A stretch of DNA of 64,000 nucleotides from a virus (IMGVR_UViG_3300025646_000028:8765-72764), one strand, 5' to 3'. Shown: positions 49,932-59,327, counted from the first letter of the stretch. Notes: a model not told the origin generated them from the sequence alone. Translations and numbers: made by a program.

Positions 49932-50288
49932 TTAATCTCCTTTAAATTTTTTGAGTACTTCAATGTACAGTTTTGCGTCTATTAAGGCGTTTTTAATTCT
50001 GTCCTTAAGAATTTTAATGTATTCATCTTCACTTGCAAGTACTTGATTCTCATCAATGACTCGCTGTAGCTCATCTAATGTCGCTTGATGCACATTAATT
50101 TGTCGGACACTGAACTGAATAGGATTCGGGATATGTATGTCCGGTACTTTTTTCCCTAAAGATAATTTAGAAATGTAAGATGGAGACACATTGTATTTAG
50201 CTGCGACATCTTTGTTTAACATTCCTAAGCCAATATCTGCCAGGATTTGCATATCCTTTTCGGCGCTAATTCGTTTTGGCATAATCAA
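49932..50288 (-). CDS. HTH-domain protein
   Basis: LNKDVAAKYNVSPSYISKL. Confidence 0.65.
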   Translation of the reverse strand: MIMPKRISAEKDMQILADIGLGMLNKDVAAKYNVSPSYISKLSLGKKVPDIHIPNPIQFSVRQINVHQATLDELQRVIDENQVLASEDEYIKILKDRIKNALIDAKLYIEVLKKFKGD

Positions 50289-51468
50289 CTCCTTTCTTTA
50301 TATCAGCAAGATATTGTAACCCAATTGATCGACGGCTGATTAGGTTAGTCATTAACTGACCATCCATAAACGTGTTGCTATAATCAATAGCCAGTGGTAC
50401 TTGTAATATTAGTGGAGCGATCTTAGAAACTGCATTGATCACAATCCAGAAAGGATCTTGTTGATACGAAGACACAGCCGTTACTGTGATAAGTATTGCG
50501 AATAAAAACGTAGTTGCAATTGTCCAGAATATTTTACTAGTAGCATCTTTAGCAAGACGGCGTTCATTACTATTAAGCAATGAGTAGCTATCCACACTAA
50601 CGCCTTCATTTTCAGTACCGTTGTAAACAAACATCGGACTGATGTATTTAAAGTGTTTTACAAAACCATCAATAACATATTCTTTAATATAATCTTCTTC
50701 GAGTAATTGTAAGTAACGTTCTTTCTTTTTAAGATAGTATATTTCTTTACGTGTAAGTTCACCTAAACTTTCAAGTATAAGTTTAGCGTCTTCACCTTTA
50801 CGCAACGCATTAAAGTATGGTTTAAACTTTTTACGAATTGCATAGTTAGCTTTACGTTCTAGTAAGTCAATGTTGTACTTAACGTTAGATCGATGTTGTT
50901 GTATTTTACGTTGACGATTAAACACATCATGTATCCACGGTTCAAATGTAACAGGATCTAAATGTTTTTCCGTCATCTCATCGACTTCGTTAGAAATATC
51001 AACGTAGCGTTTATATCTTTCTCTAGCTAAAGTAATTAAGTAATTAAACAAGCTATAGAACAACATAATTGCTGATCCAAGAGATATTGCTGTTGATATA
51101 TACCAGAACGGGTATTCAAAAAAGAATTTTGTATTAACTTGTATTTTAAAGTTGTCAGGAATTTCTACTTCAAATGGATTTGTACCAGGATTTTGTAACA
51201 CATAGTTAGCAATGTATAAATTAATTGCTTGCTCTGAGTACCATGTAATACGGTAGTTATTATTTTCCGCTTTAAGAACTTCATACTCTCCGTATGTCAT
51301 ATCGACTGCGCCAACTGTGTACTGAGCTTGTCCTTCAATAACAGGAAGCACACCGTTAATTCCTAGTACAACAAGTAAAGAAAGTAGTAAGAAAATAACA
51401 CTACGAGATTTTTTATTCGTAATAATTTGTGTTGCTTTCTCTACTGCTTGTTCTACTTTGTCAGACAT
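50266..51468 (-). CDS. Multi-pass membrane protein
   Basis: About four TM helices with a large soluble domain. Confidence 0.7.
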   Translation of the reverse strand: MSDKVEQAVEKATQIITNKKSRSVIFLLLSLLVVLGINGVLPVIEGQAQYTVGAVDMTYGEYEVLKAENNNYRITWYSEQAINLYIANYVLQNPGTNPFEVEIPDNFKIQVNTKFFFEYPFWYISTAISLGSAIMLFYSLFNYLITLARERYKRYVDISNEVDEMTEKHLDPVTFEPWIHDVFNRQRKIQQHRSNVKYNIDLLERKANYAIRKKFKPYFNALRKGEDAKLILESLGELTRKEIYYLKKKERYLQLLEEDYIKEYVIDGFVKHFKYISPMFVYNGTENEGVSVDSYSLLNSNERRLAKDATSKIFWTIATTFLFAILITVTAVSSYQQDPFWIVINAVSKIAPLILQVPLAIDYSNTFMDGQLMTNLISRRSIGLQYLADIKKGVDYAKTN

Positions 51469-51469
51469 T

Positions 51470-51700
51470 TTATAACGCTTCTCTTAAAGCTTCTACTGCC
51501 GTTTTAATTAATACAAGTTGTTGGTTACGTTCTTCTTTATCTTCATACGTAATAACAATGGGTTCCCGTACATCAGCAATCCATACAGTAATTCCATACA
51601 TTTCTGGTGTTTGCATTGTTTGTGGGATTGTCATTTTACCGTATCCCAAAATAAAACGCGGGTCTAAACTTACATCTTTTAATTCTACAAATGTTGCCAT
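51470..51700 (-). CDS. Hypothetical protein
   Basis: AGGAGG RBS. Confidence 0.7.
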   Translation of the reverse strand: MATFVELKDVSLDPRFILGYGKMTIPQTMQTPEMYGITVWIADVREPIVITYEDKEERNQQLVLIKTAVEALREAL

Positions 51701-51709
51701 AAGGCCTCC

Positions 51710-52147
51710 TTAATTTTTGACAAGGTATTCTAACTTGTCATTATTTGCGCCTACAACTTCTGCTTTAATAAACTTAGCCAGGCGATGCATACGTTTATTG
51801 TCTTCATGTACTACAAACTTTATAGGTCTGAGATAAAACTTTTTTAAATGAGTAAACATTTCTAGTAATAATGGGAGTGAACCAACTCTTTTATTAGGAA
51901 CTAAATATAGTTCTTTTATAAACAATATTTCAGTTTGATCAAGACTTATTGATACAAACCCTATTGTTTCACCTGAGTTGTCTACAATCATTAGACAACT
52001 GCCTTTGATAATATTGTGGTGTAGTTCTGTAAGCTTGATATAGAAGTATGAGTTATCAAAGAATAAATACTTTTTATCTTCATCACTCATAGTTGTGAAC
52101 ATATCAATGACTTTATATAAGTCAGGATAAGAACTATAGTATATCAT
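51710..52147 (-). CDS. GNAT-fold (acetyltransferase-like) protein
   Basis: ETIGFVSI..LFIKELYLVPNKR.G..VHEDN..MHRL. Confidence 0.6.
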   Translation of the reverse strand: MIYYSSYPDLYKVIDMFTTMSDEDKKYLFFDNSYFYIKLTELHHNIIKGSCLMIVDNSGETIGFVSISLDQTEILFIKELYLVPNKRVGSLPLLLEMFTHLKKFYLRPIKFVVHEDNKRMHRLAKFIKAEVVGANNDKLEYLVKN

Positions 52148-52414
52148 CCGATACTAGGATCCCAACCACCATCATCATCTTCGTAAGGATCTTCTTCAAA
52201 AAGTTCTACGTCTTCAAACTCTGGATCAGGTACGTCTACTTCGTCATCTAAAACTTTAAAAAAGTCAGGATTTGTTTCTTTAATAGTAGAGACTTCTAAA
52301 CTGTAATGACACTTACGGCAAATATAGATATCAATAACTTTATCCATACCTGCAATTTTACTAGCCAATAAATTAAAATCTGTACCACCGCAGTTTTTAC
52401 AAACCTTACTCATC
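52144..52414 (-). CDS. Zinc-ribbon protein with acidic tail
   Basis: CKNC..CRKC; D/E-rich C-terminus; likely start MSKVC (start approximate). Confidence 0.6.
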
Positions 52415-52861
52415 TTCACGAACCTCCTTAGCAAGATCTTCAATAAAGCGTTTATGATCTTCGGCTTCGGCTTCTGTCATTTCTGTGACAGTATATTGTT
52501 GATGCTGAATTGATTCTTGAATAAATCGAATGTCAGGAAACAAATTTTTAAGTGTATCATCGAACACTTTAGCAACCGCATCATGAATTGCTTTACGGCT
52601 TTGGTACAATGCGTTGTCTTTTTCTTCTTTAAAGATATAGACTTTGGCACTGATCTCTGCTTCTGTTGCAGGACGTAGGACAGGAATGTCAGCTAGTACT
52701 GCCGTAAGTCCTAAGTTAATAGAACTTAATACTGCGCTAAGGTATGGTTTGATATCTTCAGAGTTTCCACGCTTGATGCGCGGCAAGATCTTACTTTCAA
52801 TCGTACCTTTTGTTGCGTCAGCTACGTATGAAATACGTATAACGTCGGTTTTGTTTGGCAC
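52406..52861 (-). CDS. Hypothetical protein
   Basis: AAGGAGG RBS before GTG at 52861; promoter upstream. Confidence 0.65.
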   Translation of the reverse strand: MPNKTDVIRISYVADATKGTIESKILPRIKRGNSEDIKPYLSAVLSSINLGLTAVLADIPVLRPATEAEISAKVYIFKEEKDNALYQSRKAIHDAVAKVFDDTLKNLFPDIRFIQESIQHQQYTVTEMTEAEAEDHKRFIEDLAKEVREDE

Positions 52862-52885
52862 AATAATGCCTCCTTTACTATCTTT

Positions 52886-52915
52886 ATTATAGCACAAAAA
52901 AACACAATGTGTAAA
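52886..52915 (-). promoter_or_regulatory. Sigma-A-like promoter TTTACA-18 nt-TATAAT with TGTG extension
   Basis: Intergenic, after the portal stop codon. Confidence 0.6.
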
Positions 52916-52939
52916 AACATTGTGCATTTTGTGTAAAGT

Positions 52940-54679
52940 TTACTTAAAGCCTTGACCCATTGAAGGATTTTGTTCCATTGCGTTCTTTTCTTCGATAAGA
53001 ATGGTAATGGCTTGTTGTGCGGCTTGTTCTTCAGATAATCCTTGAGACAGCAATCGACTAAAGATAGACGCAAAGTTTGTAAGATCTGCCACCAAAGTTT
53101 CAGCAATATTATCTTGGCTTTCTTTTTCAAGACGTTGTAAGAACAAATCTTTTTGTGGAAAGTCAGAGAATCGTACAAGATCTTGTGGTGTAATAATTTG
53201 TGGGTTGATTTGATACTGTGCTTGCATTTCATACAGTGCTTTAGCAGAATCAAACAAGTTAGCTTGGTTCATTGGTAGCAGTGTGGATGCAGCAATGTGA
53301 TAATCAAAACGTAAACCTTGTTCACGCATTTCATTAAAACGTAATTCGTTTTGATCAACAACACGATTAGTACCTGTCGCAGAAAGTTTAGGCACTGTAT
53401 ATGTACGGTCACCTCCGTACGCAAAATAATAATCAATAACTAACTTTGTAAGATCTTCACAAAATTCTTCTAACAACGTAATACGCGAGTTATCTGTAAG
53501 CATTGTGACACGCGCTTGGAATGCCTGCGTCGCACCGGTTGTTTGAATACTGTTTGTCATACGTCCTTTATAGTAAGGGTCAACACCGGTTACTTGAAAG
53601 ATAGAATTTTCTAAACGTTGTTTAATTGGACTTAAGTCAGGAATCACAGGCACGTCTACATAGTTGACAATGTTACGCGGATCACCCTTTGTTTCAAAAG
53701 ATGCACCAGGCGTGTTACCGTAGTCTGCAAACGAGCGCATATTAATACGGCCATCTGTGTTAACAAATCGTACGCGATTAAGTACGCGATAAGGTTGAGT
53801 TGCTTCCATTGAGTCAAGCATGTTAAGTGCAATGACGGTGTTAAGAATCTTTGTTAACTTAGAATTACCGTACGGATTACCATCAGGACGTTGTGGCGTG
53901 TAGCACACAATAGGGAAACGTTTCAAAGGAAGATCTAAGTTTTCATAAATGATTTGATCTTCGTTAATAATAAAGACTTGGTCGATGTTGCCTTCTTCGT
54001 TACGAATAAAACATTCAATAAGCGATACAGTTTTGTTACCTGTCGTTGTATTGTTTTCATAACCAGCAAGACGGTTGTTTTGCGTCTTGTCACTCAGTAC
54101 ATTACGATGTGCTTTTTCATAAGCTGTTACAGCGTCTTTAAACTTTTCGTACTTCTTAAGCGAATCAATATTAACTGCACGTTCAATAAAAATAGCTTCA
54201 CCATCTTTATACGAATCAACACTTGGATCAAAGTAAAGTTCTTCTGGTGATAATGCTTTAAGTTTGATGTGTCCTTTTTGAGCATCCCAGTCAACACGCA
54301 TAGCACCTAAGTTATAAAGCTCTGCGTTTTCACCAACATGTAAAAATTTATTCTTCATACCCCAGTGATTCCAATGGTATGCGATAAAAGCATTTAAAGC
54401 TTCTACTTGTTTTTCATCTTTTGCAAAACGAGGAGTGACAGTACCAATAAACGCACCGCTATAAATAGAGTTTAAATATCCTTGCACCACGTATTCAAAG
54501 TAGTTCCAGTCAGGAGTAATCGTATATTCTTTTAGATTCTTTTTAAAGTAAGCCCAAAACTCGCCTTTATAAAGCGAGCGAATAATACGCCACTCCCGCA
54601 ATGTACCTTGCTTGAATGCACGATACTCATCAAACATTGTTTTTAAAGTAAACAAATCATACTTAAATTTTTCTGCCAT
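52940..54679 (-). CDS. Portal protein (podovirus/P22-like)
   Basis: 579 aa, downstream of terminase; Y.G.FW, LYFDP, P..FP.V..YG, FQVTGV..G..TTGA, Q-rich C-terminus. Confidence 0.85.
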   Translation of the reverse strand: MAEKFKYDLFTLKTMFDEYRAFKQGTLREWRIIRSLYKGEFWAYFKKNLKEYTITPDWNYFEYVVQGYLNSIYSGAFIGTVTPRFAKDEKQVEALNAFIAYHWNHWGMKNKFLHVGENAELYNLGAMRVDWDAQKGHIKLKALSPEELYFDPSVDSYKDGEAIFIERAVNIDSLKKYEKFKDAVTAYEKAHRNVLSDKTQNNRLAGYENNTTTGNKTVSLIECFIRNEEGNIDQVFIINEDQIIYENLDLPLKRFPIVCYTPQRPDGNPYGNSKLTKILNTVIALNMLDSMEATQPYRVLNRVRFVNTDGRINMRSFADYGNTPGASFETKGDPRNIVNYVDVPVIPDLSPIKQRLENSIFQVTGVDPYYKGRMTNSIQTTGATQAFQARVTMLTDNSRITLLEEFCEDLTKLVIDYYFAYGGDRTYTVPKLSATGTNRVVDQNELRFNEMREQGLRFDYHIAASTLLPMNQANLFDSAKALYEMQAQYQINPQIITPQDLVRFSDFPQKDLFLQRLEKESQDNIAETLVADLTNFASIFSRLLSQGLSEEQAAQQAITILIEEKNAMEQNPSMGQGFK

Positions 54680-55134
54680 TATTTATTACCTTCTTTCTTT
54701 TCAGGTAAAGGACCGTACATAATTTCTTGTAAGGTTTTATTAATAGCATCTGCTTGGCGTTGAGTGCTATTGATAATTGCTTCTTCAATTTCTTGTTGAC
54801 GAAGCTTTTCTTTTTTGACAGCTTCTTCTGCTGCTTGCTCTGCTAAGATTTTTTGAGCAACATCTTCGTCTTCCCCTAGTGTGTTACCATGTTGAGCAGT
54901 TTCAATAGCTTCCTGAACTTCTTTTAAAGAATAAGTAATGTCTCCATCATTGTCGGGTTCTTTACTTCGGGATCCACGCACCGAGCGGTTTGTTGAAGTT
55001 TTCTTCTTCGTCTTCATTAGCTTCGTCATAAACACTACTTGCATGGATAACACTACTGTTACCAGTATAAGTGATATTGTTAGCAAAGCCATTACGATCA
55101 TTTCCACGATTGTTATTCTCCTTAAGCGGGTCAA
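54679..55134 (-). CDS. Membrane-anchored protein overlapping the terminase 3' end
   Basis: One TM helix, basic patch, coiled coil; start may be the later Met (MIVMALL). Confidence 0.6.
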   Translation of the reverse strand: MTRLRRITIVEMIVMALLTISLILVTVVLSMQVVFMTKLMKTKKKTSTNRSVRGSRSKEPDNDGDITYSLKEVQEAIETAQHGNTLGEDEDVAQKILAEQAAEEAVKKEKLRQQEIEEAIINSTQRQADAINKTLQEIMYGPLPEKKEGNK

Positions 55135-56839
55135 AATATGTCCCTGTATTTTTTATTATAGCACTCTTTTGTTTATCGTGTATGAAACTTTTTCCACTAG
55201 GTAAGTATACATTAAGTTTTAATTCTTGTAAATTATGCGGAAGTTCTACTACAACAAACTCTAAAGCAGTGATACCGTGGTCTCGTCCGTCTTCCGGCTT
55301 GTCACTAGGAGCACCGTTCTTGTCAAGTTTAAACTTATAGTTTAAAGCTTCATCAATTAAAAACTCACACGTAGAAAATATTTCAACCTGTCCATGATTA
55401 AGCAACGAGTTCATCTTAATGATACGTGCTTCATGTGTAGCAAACGAGGGTTCAAAGAACAAACCTTCATCTTCAAACATAGATCCAATCGTAACAAGAT
55501 TACTTTCGCGTTTACTATAGCTTCGACCATCAAACTTTGGCATCATAAGTAAACCATCTAGGTCTGTACCGTTGATTTTAGTTTCTTTTCGATACTCACG
55601 TGCAATGGTTTTAATATCAGAGTTATTAATGCGTAGCTCATCATAGATGTAAAGCTTACGTGTTTCTGTAGAAAACGCGCCGTAAATAACATGCGTTGGA
55701 TCGTTGATACCATAGTCAACACCAATAACATAATATAAAACTCGATTGCCAGATTCATTAAACGCTCTAGGCAAAGGATGCGGTGGAACAATACACACAC
55801 CAAAGTTAGGAAATACTAGATTACTAGAAAAGTTAAAGCTACCTTTATAGTATTGTTGAATGTATGCCTGAGACTTTCCGCGTGTTTGTTCCTCTTCATA
55901 CGTAGCCGGTAAGTAAGGATTTGCACTAGTAGACACGACCTGTGTATACTTCTGTGGATCACGTTCTTTATTAAAGCGATATGCTTCGTTGTATGCGTCT
56001 CCATAAAACTCTACTGTTTCTGAATCTAATAAAAACTTAGTTTTAACCCAACCAGAGTCCGGGTTTGTTTCTAAATTAATGTGACGAGCATCTACATAAT
56101 ACTTAGGTTTAAATACTTGTTGGTTAGGATCCCATTGCATAACGGGTGCACCATTCTCATCTACTTCAGGAATCATAGCATTTGTATTACGAATACGAGA
56201 TTGTAGCATCGTGAACGCCGCAAAGTTGACATCAGATGATTCAACAATGACTGCCATCGTCAAGTTAATTGACTTTAGTTTAGTTTCATCGTCAAATGAA
56301 CGAAACAATATTTCAGATCCATTTGTTAATTGCATCTCGTGCTTTTGATCATTCTTGCGTCGTACTAGTTTATCAGGAAAAATACTATAGAATTCTTTTA
56401 CGAATGTGGCTTCAAGTGCAGGATAAGTACGAGCAGTAACTGCGACACGTGCTCCCGGTATAAGCAATACATGTTTAATAACGTCTTCAATGTTTGCGCG
56501 TGACTTACCGGAACCATAACCACCGGCTGTCATCTTATAACGTTCTGGTCTACGTAAGAATGTAGCTTGGTAAGCTGTAGGTTTGTAAGTATTAATTAAT
56601 GTTCCACATTCAGGACATTCTTTAAATGACATGCTTTCACTACCGTTAATAGCTTTTGCTGATACAAGTTTTTTATTACATCGAGGACATTGTTGAATAC
56701 TTTCTAAACGTGTAGGTACTTCAACACGAACAGGTTTAATTTCTTCGATTACAGATTCTTTAATGTTAATCGGTTTAACGACTTCGATTGTTTCCTCAGT
56801 AAACTCAGGAACTTTAATGTCGATAATAGACTTCGGCAT
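54962..56839 (-). CDS. terL: Terminase large subunit with N-terminal zinc ribbon
   Basis: YQ motif, Walker A GGYGSGKS, coupling motif ETNP, NPYL, nuclease GVDYG..DP, DHGITALEF; CPRC..CPEC. Confidence 0.9.
   Translation of the reverse strand: MPKSIIDIKVPEFTEETIEVVKPINIKESVIEEIKPVRVEVPTRLESIQQCPRCNKKLVSAKAINGSESMSFKECPECGTLINTYKPTAYQATFLRRPERYKMTAGGYGSGKSRANIEDVIKHVLLIPGARVAVTARTYPALEATFVKEFYSIFPDKLVRRKNDQKHEMQLTNGSEILFRSFDDETKLKSINLTMAVIVESSDVNFAAFTMLQSRIRNTNAMIPEVDENGAPVMQWDPNQQVFKPKYYVDARHINLETNPDSGWVKTKFLLDSETVEFYGDAYNEAYRFNKERDPQKYTQVVSTSANPYLPATYEEEQTRGKSQAYIQQYYKGSFNFSSNLVFPNFGVCIVPPHPLPRAFNESGNRVLYYVIGVDYGINDPTHVIYGAFSTETRKLYIYDELRINNSDIKTIAREYRKETKINGTDLDGLLMMPKFDGRSYSKRESNLVTIGSMFEDEGLFFEPSFATHEARIIKMNSLLNHGQVEIFSTCEFLIDEALNYKFKLDKNGAPSDKPEDGRDHGITALEFVVVELPHNLQELKLNVYLPSGKSFIHDKQKSAIIKNTGTYFDPLKENNNRGNDRNGFANNITYTGNSSVIHASSVYDEANEDEEENFNKPLGAWIPK
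55155..55165 (-). promoter_or_regulatory. Internal extended -10 promoter (GTGcTATAAT) within terL
   Basis: Just upstream of the overlapping ORF and the portal gene. Confidence 0.45.
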
Positions 56840-56840
56840 T

Positions 56841-57275
56841 TTATAAACCTACTTTTTTATTTTCAGGTACGTTAGGTAAAAACTCTTGCTCATCCACAGT
56901 AAGAGGTGTCTGAATATAAATGTATTGTACAGGTGTAGCAAAGTTTGGTTTATGGTCGTCACGATATTTAATTGCGGCGTTTAGTTTTGTAGCATCAGCC
57001 ATTCCAACATGCACACCATCTTTCATGTATTTATTAACAATGATCCCTGCTTGTGTATAAATAATTTTATCAATGTAATCTTGAATGCGACTATCCGATA
57101 AAAACATTTGCCAGTCATGATACGTTGTGTTTTGTCCGATCAACGCTGCAAGTTCGTGAGGGTTAGAAATAAATAAGCTATCGTATACATGCGAAACACC
57201 TTCAGCAAAGTTCCAAAGGTTAGCAAGGTGCAATAACTTTGTTTCTGTTTTTGTAAATAATTCTAATGCGATCAT
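56841..57275 (-). CDS. Hypothetical protein, possible terminase small subunit
   Basis: Size and position immediately upstream of terL. Confidence 0.4.
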   Translation of the reverse strand: MIALELFTKTETKLLHLANLWNFAEGVSHVYDSLFISNPHELAALIGQNTTYHDWQMFLSDSRIQDYIDKIIYTQAGIIVNKYMKDGVHVGMADATKLNAAIKYRDDHKPNFATPVQYIYIQTPLTVDEQEFLPNVPENKKVGL

Positions 57276-57898
57276 AGTTTTCCTTTCAAGTGAGGTAGGT
57301 TCATGGTGCTACCTCTACGATTTTCTGTTAAAAAGAGTGGAACTTTCTTCTTATAGTATACACCGTTTTTCTTTTCTTTACTTAAACGATATAACGTAAA
57401 CTGTTCTGCAGGATAGTAACGTGTAAGATGTAACACTTCTTTACGAGCATCGACCAGTGTATCAAACATTGTTTCAACACGTAGTTTATTATTTTTACCA
57501 TACTGCCGTACAAGCAATGCTTTATTCTGTGTACCTTGTTTATAGTTAATACCGATTAAACCTTTAAAATTATTAAGGCCTACATAATTATCAATATTGT
57601 CAATGTCTGCTTGAGATGCTATGGAAAACGCATAATTAAAACCTGTACGTAAAAATGCAGGTGTATACTTTTTAAACTCATTAATGAGCCAAGCTAATCC
57701 TTTTTCTGTTAAAAATAATCGATACGATTCGTACACATCAAGATTGTTGTTATCAATTTCAAAAGGTAGCTTAGCATTTAATGCGTATGCTTTTAAAACA
57801 ACCGCTATATTCCCAGAGCGCAGTGGATACTTTCGTATCGAGGCTGTAGTTAAAATACCAATGTCTATGCACTGGGCAATATAACGTTCGTGGTTCAT
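57272..57898 (-). CDS. Hypothetical basic protein
   Basis: 208-aa ORF packed in the operon. Confidence 0.65.
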   Translation of the reverse strand: MNHERYIAQCIDIGILTTASIRKYPLRSGNIAVVLKAYALNAKLPFEIDNNNLDVYESYRLFLTEKGLAWLINEFKKYTPAFLRTGFNYAFSIASQADIDNIDNYVGLNNFKGLIGINYKQGTQNKALLVRQYGKNNKLRVETMFDTLVDARKEVLHLTRYYPAEQFTLYRLSKEKKNGVYYKKKVPLFLTENRRGSTMNLPHLKGKL

Positions 57899-57900
57899 GC

Positions 57901-58179
57901 TTACATTCCAGCGAGAGCTTCGTCTAACGCAGCTTGTTGTGCATCAGTTTCAGGTTCAGTAGGAGTAGCTTCGGCCATAGGTGCAGTGCCAGAAGACACA
58001 GTCATGGTTGATTCATCTAATTGAGTAACATTCATACCCATTGATGTGACCATGTTAAGTACTTCGATTAATTGCATCTTGTCCATTTCGCCGACTTGAA
58101 CTTTAAGCATACCTTCATCAGGCATTTCTTCAAAGCCAACATCCATACCTTGTAAGGCTGAGATAATTTCTTCAAACAT
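57901..58179 (-). CDS. Met-rich acidic protein, paralogue of the upstream gene
   Basis: AGGAGG RBS; aligns by eye with the N-terminus of 58181-58615. Confidence 0.7.
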   Translation of the reverse strand: MFEEIISALQGMDVGFEEMPDEGMLKVQVGEMDKMQLIEVLNMVTSMGMNVTQLDESTMTVSSGTAPMAEATPTEPETDAQQAALDEALAGM

Positions 58180-58180
58180 T

Positions 58181-58615
58181 TTACATTCCTCCTTTTTCTA
58201 TAATTTGTAACAGTATACTTCGATACGGTTCTTGTACCATCGCGAGATCTTGTTGATGAACATCCATGTGTCCATTTTTTATTAACTCAGCGTGATACAT
58301 AAATTTACCGAAGGCATCATCCGATTCAGGAATATATTTCCTGGCAAACAAATCAATTTCAAGTGCGAGGGTTTCGTTACCTTGTTTAGGTTTATCTTCC
58401 CAAGTTTCGTCCTCCCACATACGTGGCATAACATACATTGTGGTTTCATCGATGGCGTAGTCAATACCTTTCATATCGAGATGCTCCATTAAAGGCATCA
58501 TCGCTAAAGGATCAAGTCCTTTGATATCGACAATAATTTTTTCAGGTGTTTGAGTATAGGCTATGCCCATCTCTTCTAACATCATCATAAATTCTTCGCA
58601 GTTCTGTGTGTGCAT
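58181..58615 (-). CDS. Met-rich acidic protein
   Basis: AAGGAGG RBS and a promoter upstream. Confidence 0.7.
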   Translation of the reverse strand: MHTQNCEEFMMMLEEMGIAYTQTPEKIIVDIKGLDPLAMMPLMEHLDMKGIDYAIDETTMYVMPRMWEDETWEDKPKQGNETLALEIDLFARKYIPESDDAFGKFMYHAELIKNGHMDVHQQDLAMVQEPYRSILLQIIEKGGM

Positions 58616-58632
58616 ATACTACCTCCTTAAAA

Positions 58633-58643
58633 ATTATATCACA
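58633..58643 (-). promoter_or_regulatory. Extended -10 promoter TGTGaTATAAT at the start of the packaging operon
   Basis: Directly upstream of AAGGAGG. Confidence 0.55.
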
Positions 58644-58998
58644 ATTTTGATTTCTCAAATGCAACAAGTTCAGGTCCAATTTCAATAAACTTTTCACACG
58701 CTGCTTTTAACTTCTCAAGATCCTCTGCACTTTCTACTAGAAAGTAACGATGTGGACTGGATCTAAGAATATAATCTCTCCACCAAACTTGAATCGGTGT
58801 AAGCGTGTAATAACTTGTACCTTTGAACTCAACGTAAATTGTACCACCACCATTAGGTAATTGCAAAAAGCGATCAGGGAAACCTTTCGCTGTATTCGCA
58901 GGTCCTTTGATCGCTATAATTTGTTTACGTTGACACCAAACTACGAAGGCTACTTCGAGTTTCTTTTCAGTGGGAGCAGAGTTTCTGTATTGTATCAT
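58639..58998 (-). CDS. VRR-NUC domain nuclease
   Basis: EKKLE..GFPDR..YVEFK..LTPIQ. Confidence 0.85.
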   Translation of the reverse strand: MIQYRNSAPTEKKLEVAFVVWCQRKQIIAIKGPANTAKGFPDRFLQLPNGGGTIYVEFKGTSYYTLTPIQVWWRDYILRSSPHRYFLVESAEDLEKLKAACEKFIEIGPELVAFEKSKL

Positions 58999-59016
58999 AT
59001 CCCCATCATAACATAA

Positions 59017-59235
59017 TTAAACAAAATTCCAATCACTTAGTTCAAACATAAACTCATCAACTTTAGGTTTAACGATAATAGCTTTATAAAAAATTGCATC
59101 ATGCGTAATAAGAACTTGATAACCATCAAGTGCAAGATGTTTAATTAGTGATACTAATGACTCTAGATCTGTAGATTTAATTTCTGCTATCACTTTCATT
59201 TCCCCCGTGCAAACTTGCAATGTAATGTTCGACAT
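59017..59235 (-). CDS. Hypothetical protein
   Basis: Likely real start MKVIAEIK after a GGGGG RBS. Confidence 0.55.
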   Translation of the reverse strand: MSNITLQVCTGEMKVIAEIKSTDLESLVSLIKHLALDGYQVLITHDAIFYKAIIVKPKVDEFMFELSDWNFV

Positions 59236-59326
59236 CTAAAAATAAACTTGATACTAAAACTAGTCCTAAAATAATTAATCCAGATACAATGTATCTAAAT
59301 AGGTATGGTTCAAACCAGTAATACAT
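59177..59326 (-). CDS. 49-aa membrane peptide MYYWFEPYLFRYIVSGLIILGLVLVSSLFL...
   Basis: Translated by hand; fills the gap; one TM helix. Confidence 0.5.
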   Translation of the reverse strand: MYYWFEPYLFRYIVSGLIILGLVLVSSLFLDVEHYIASLHGGNESDSRN

Positions 59327-59327
59327 A

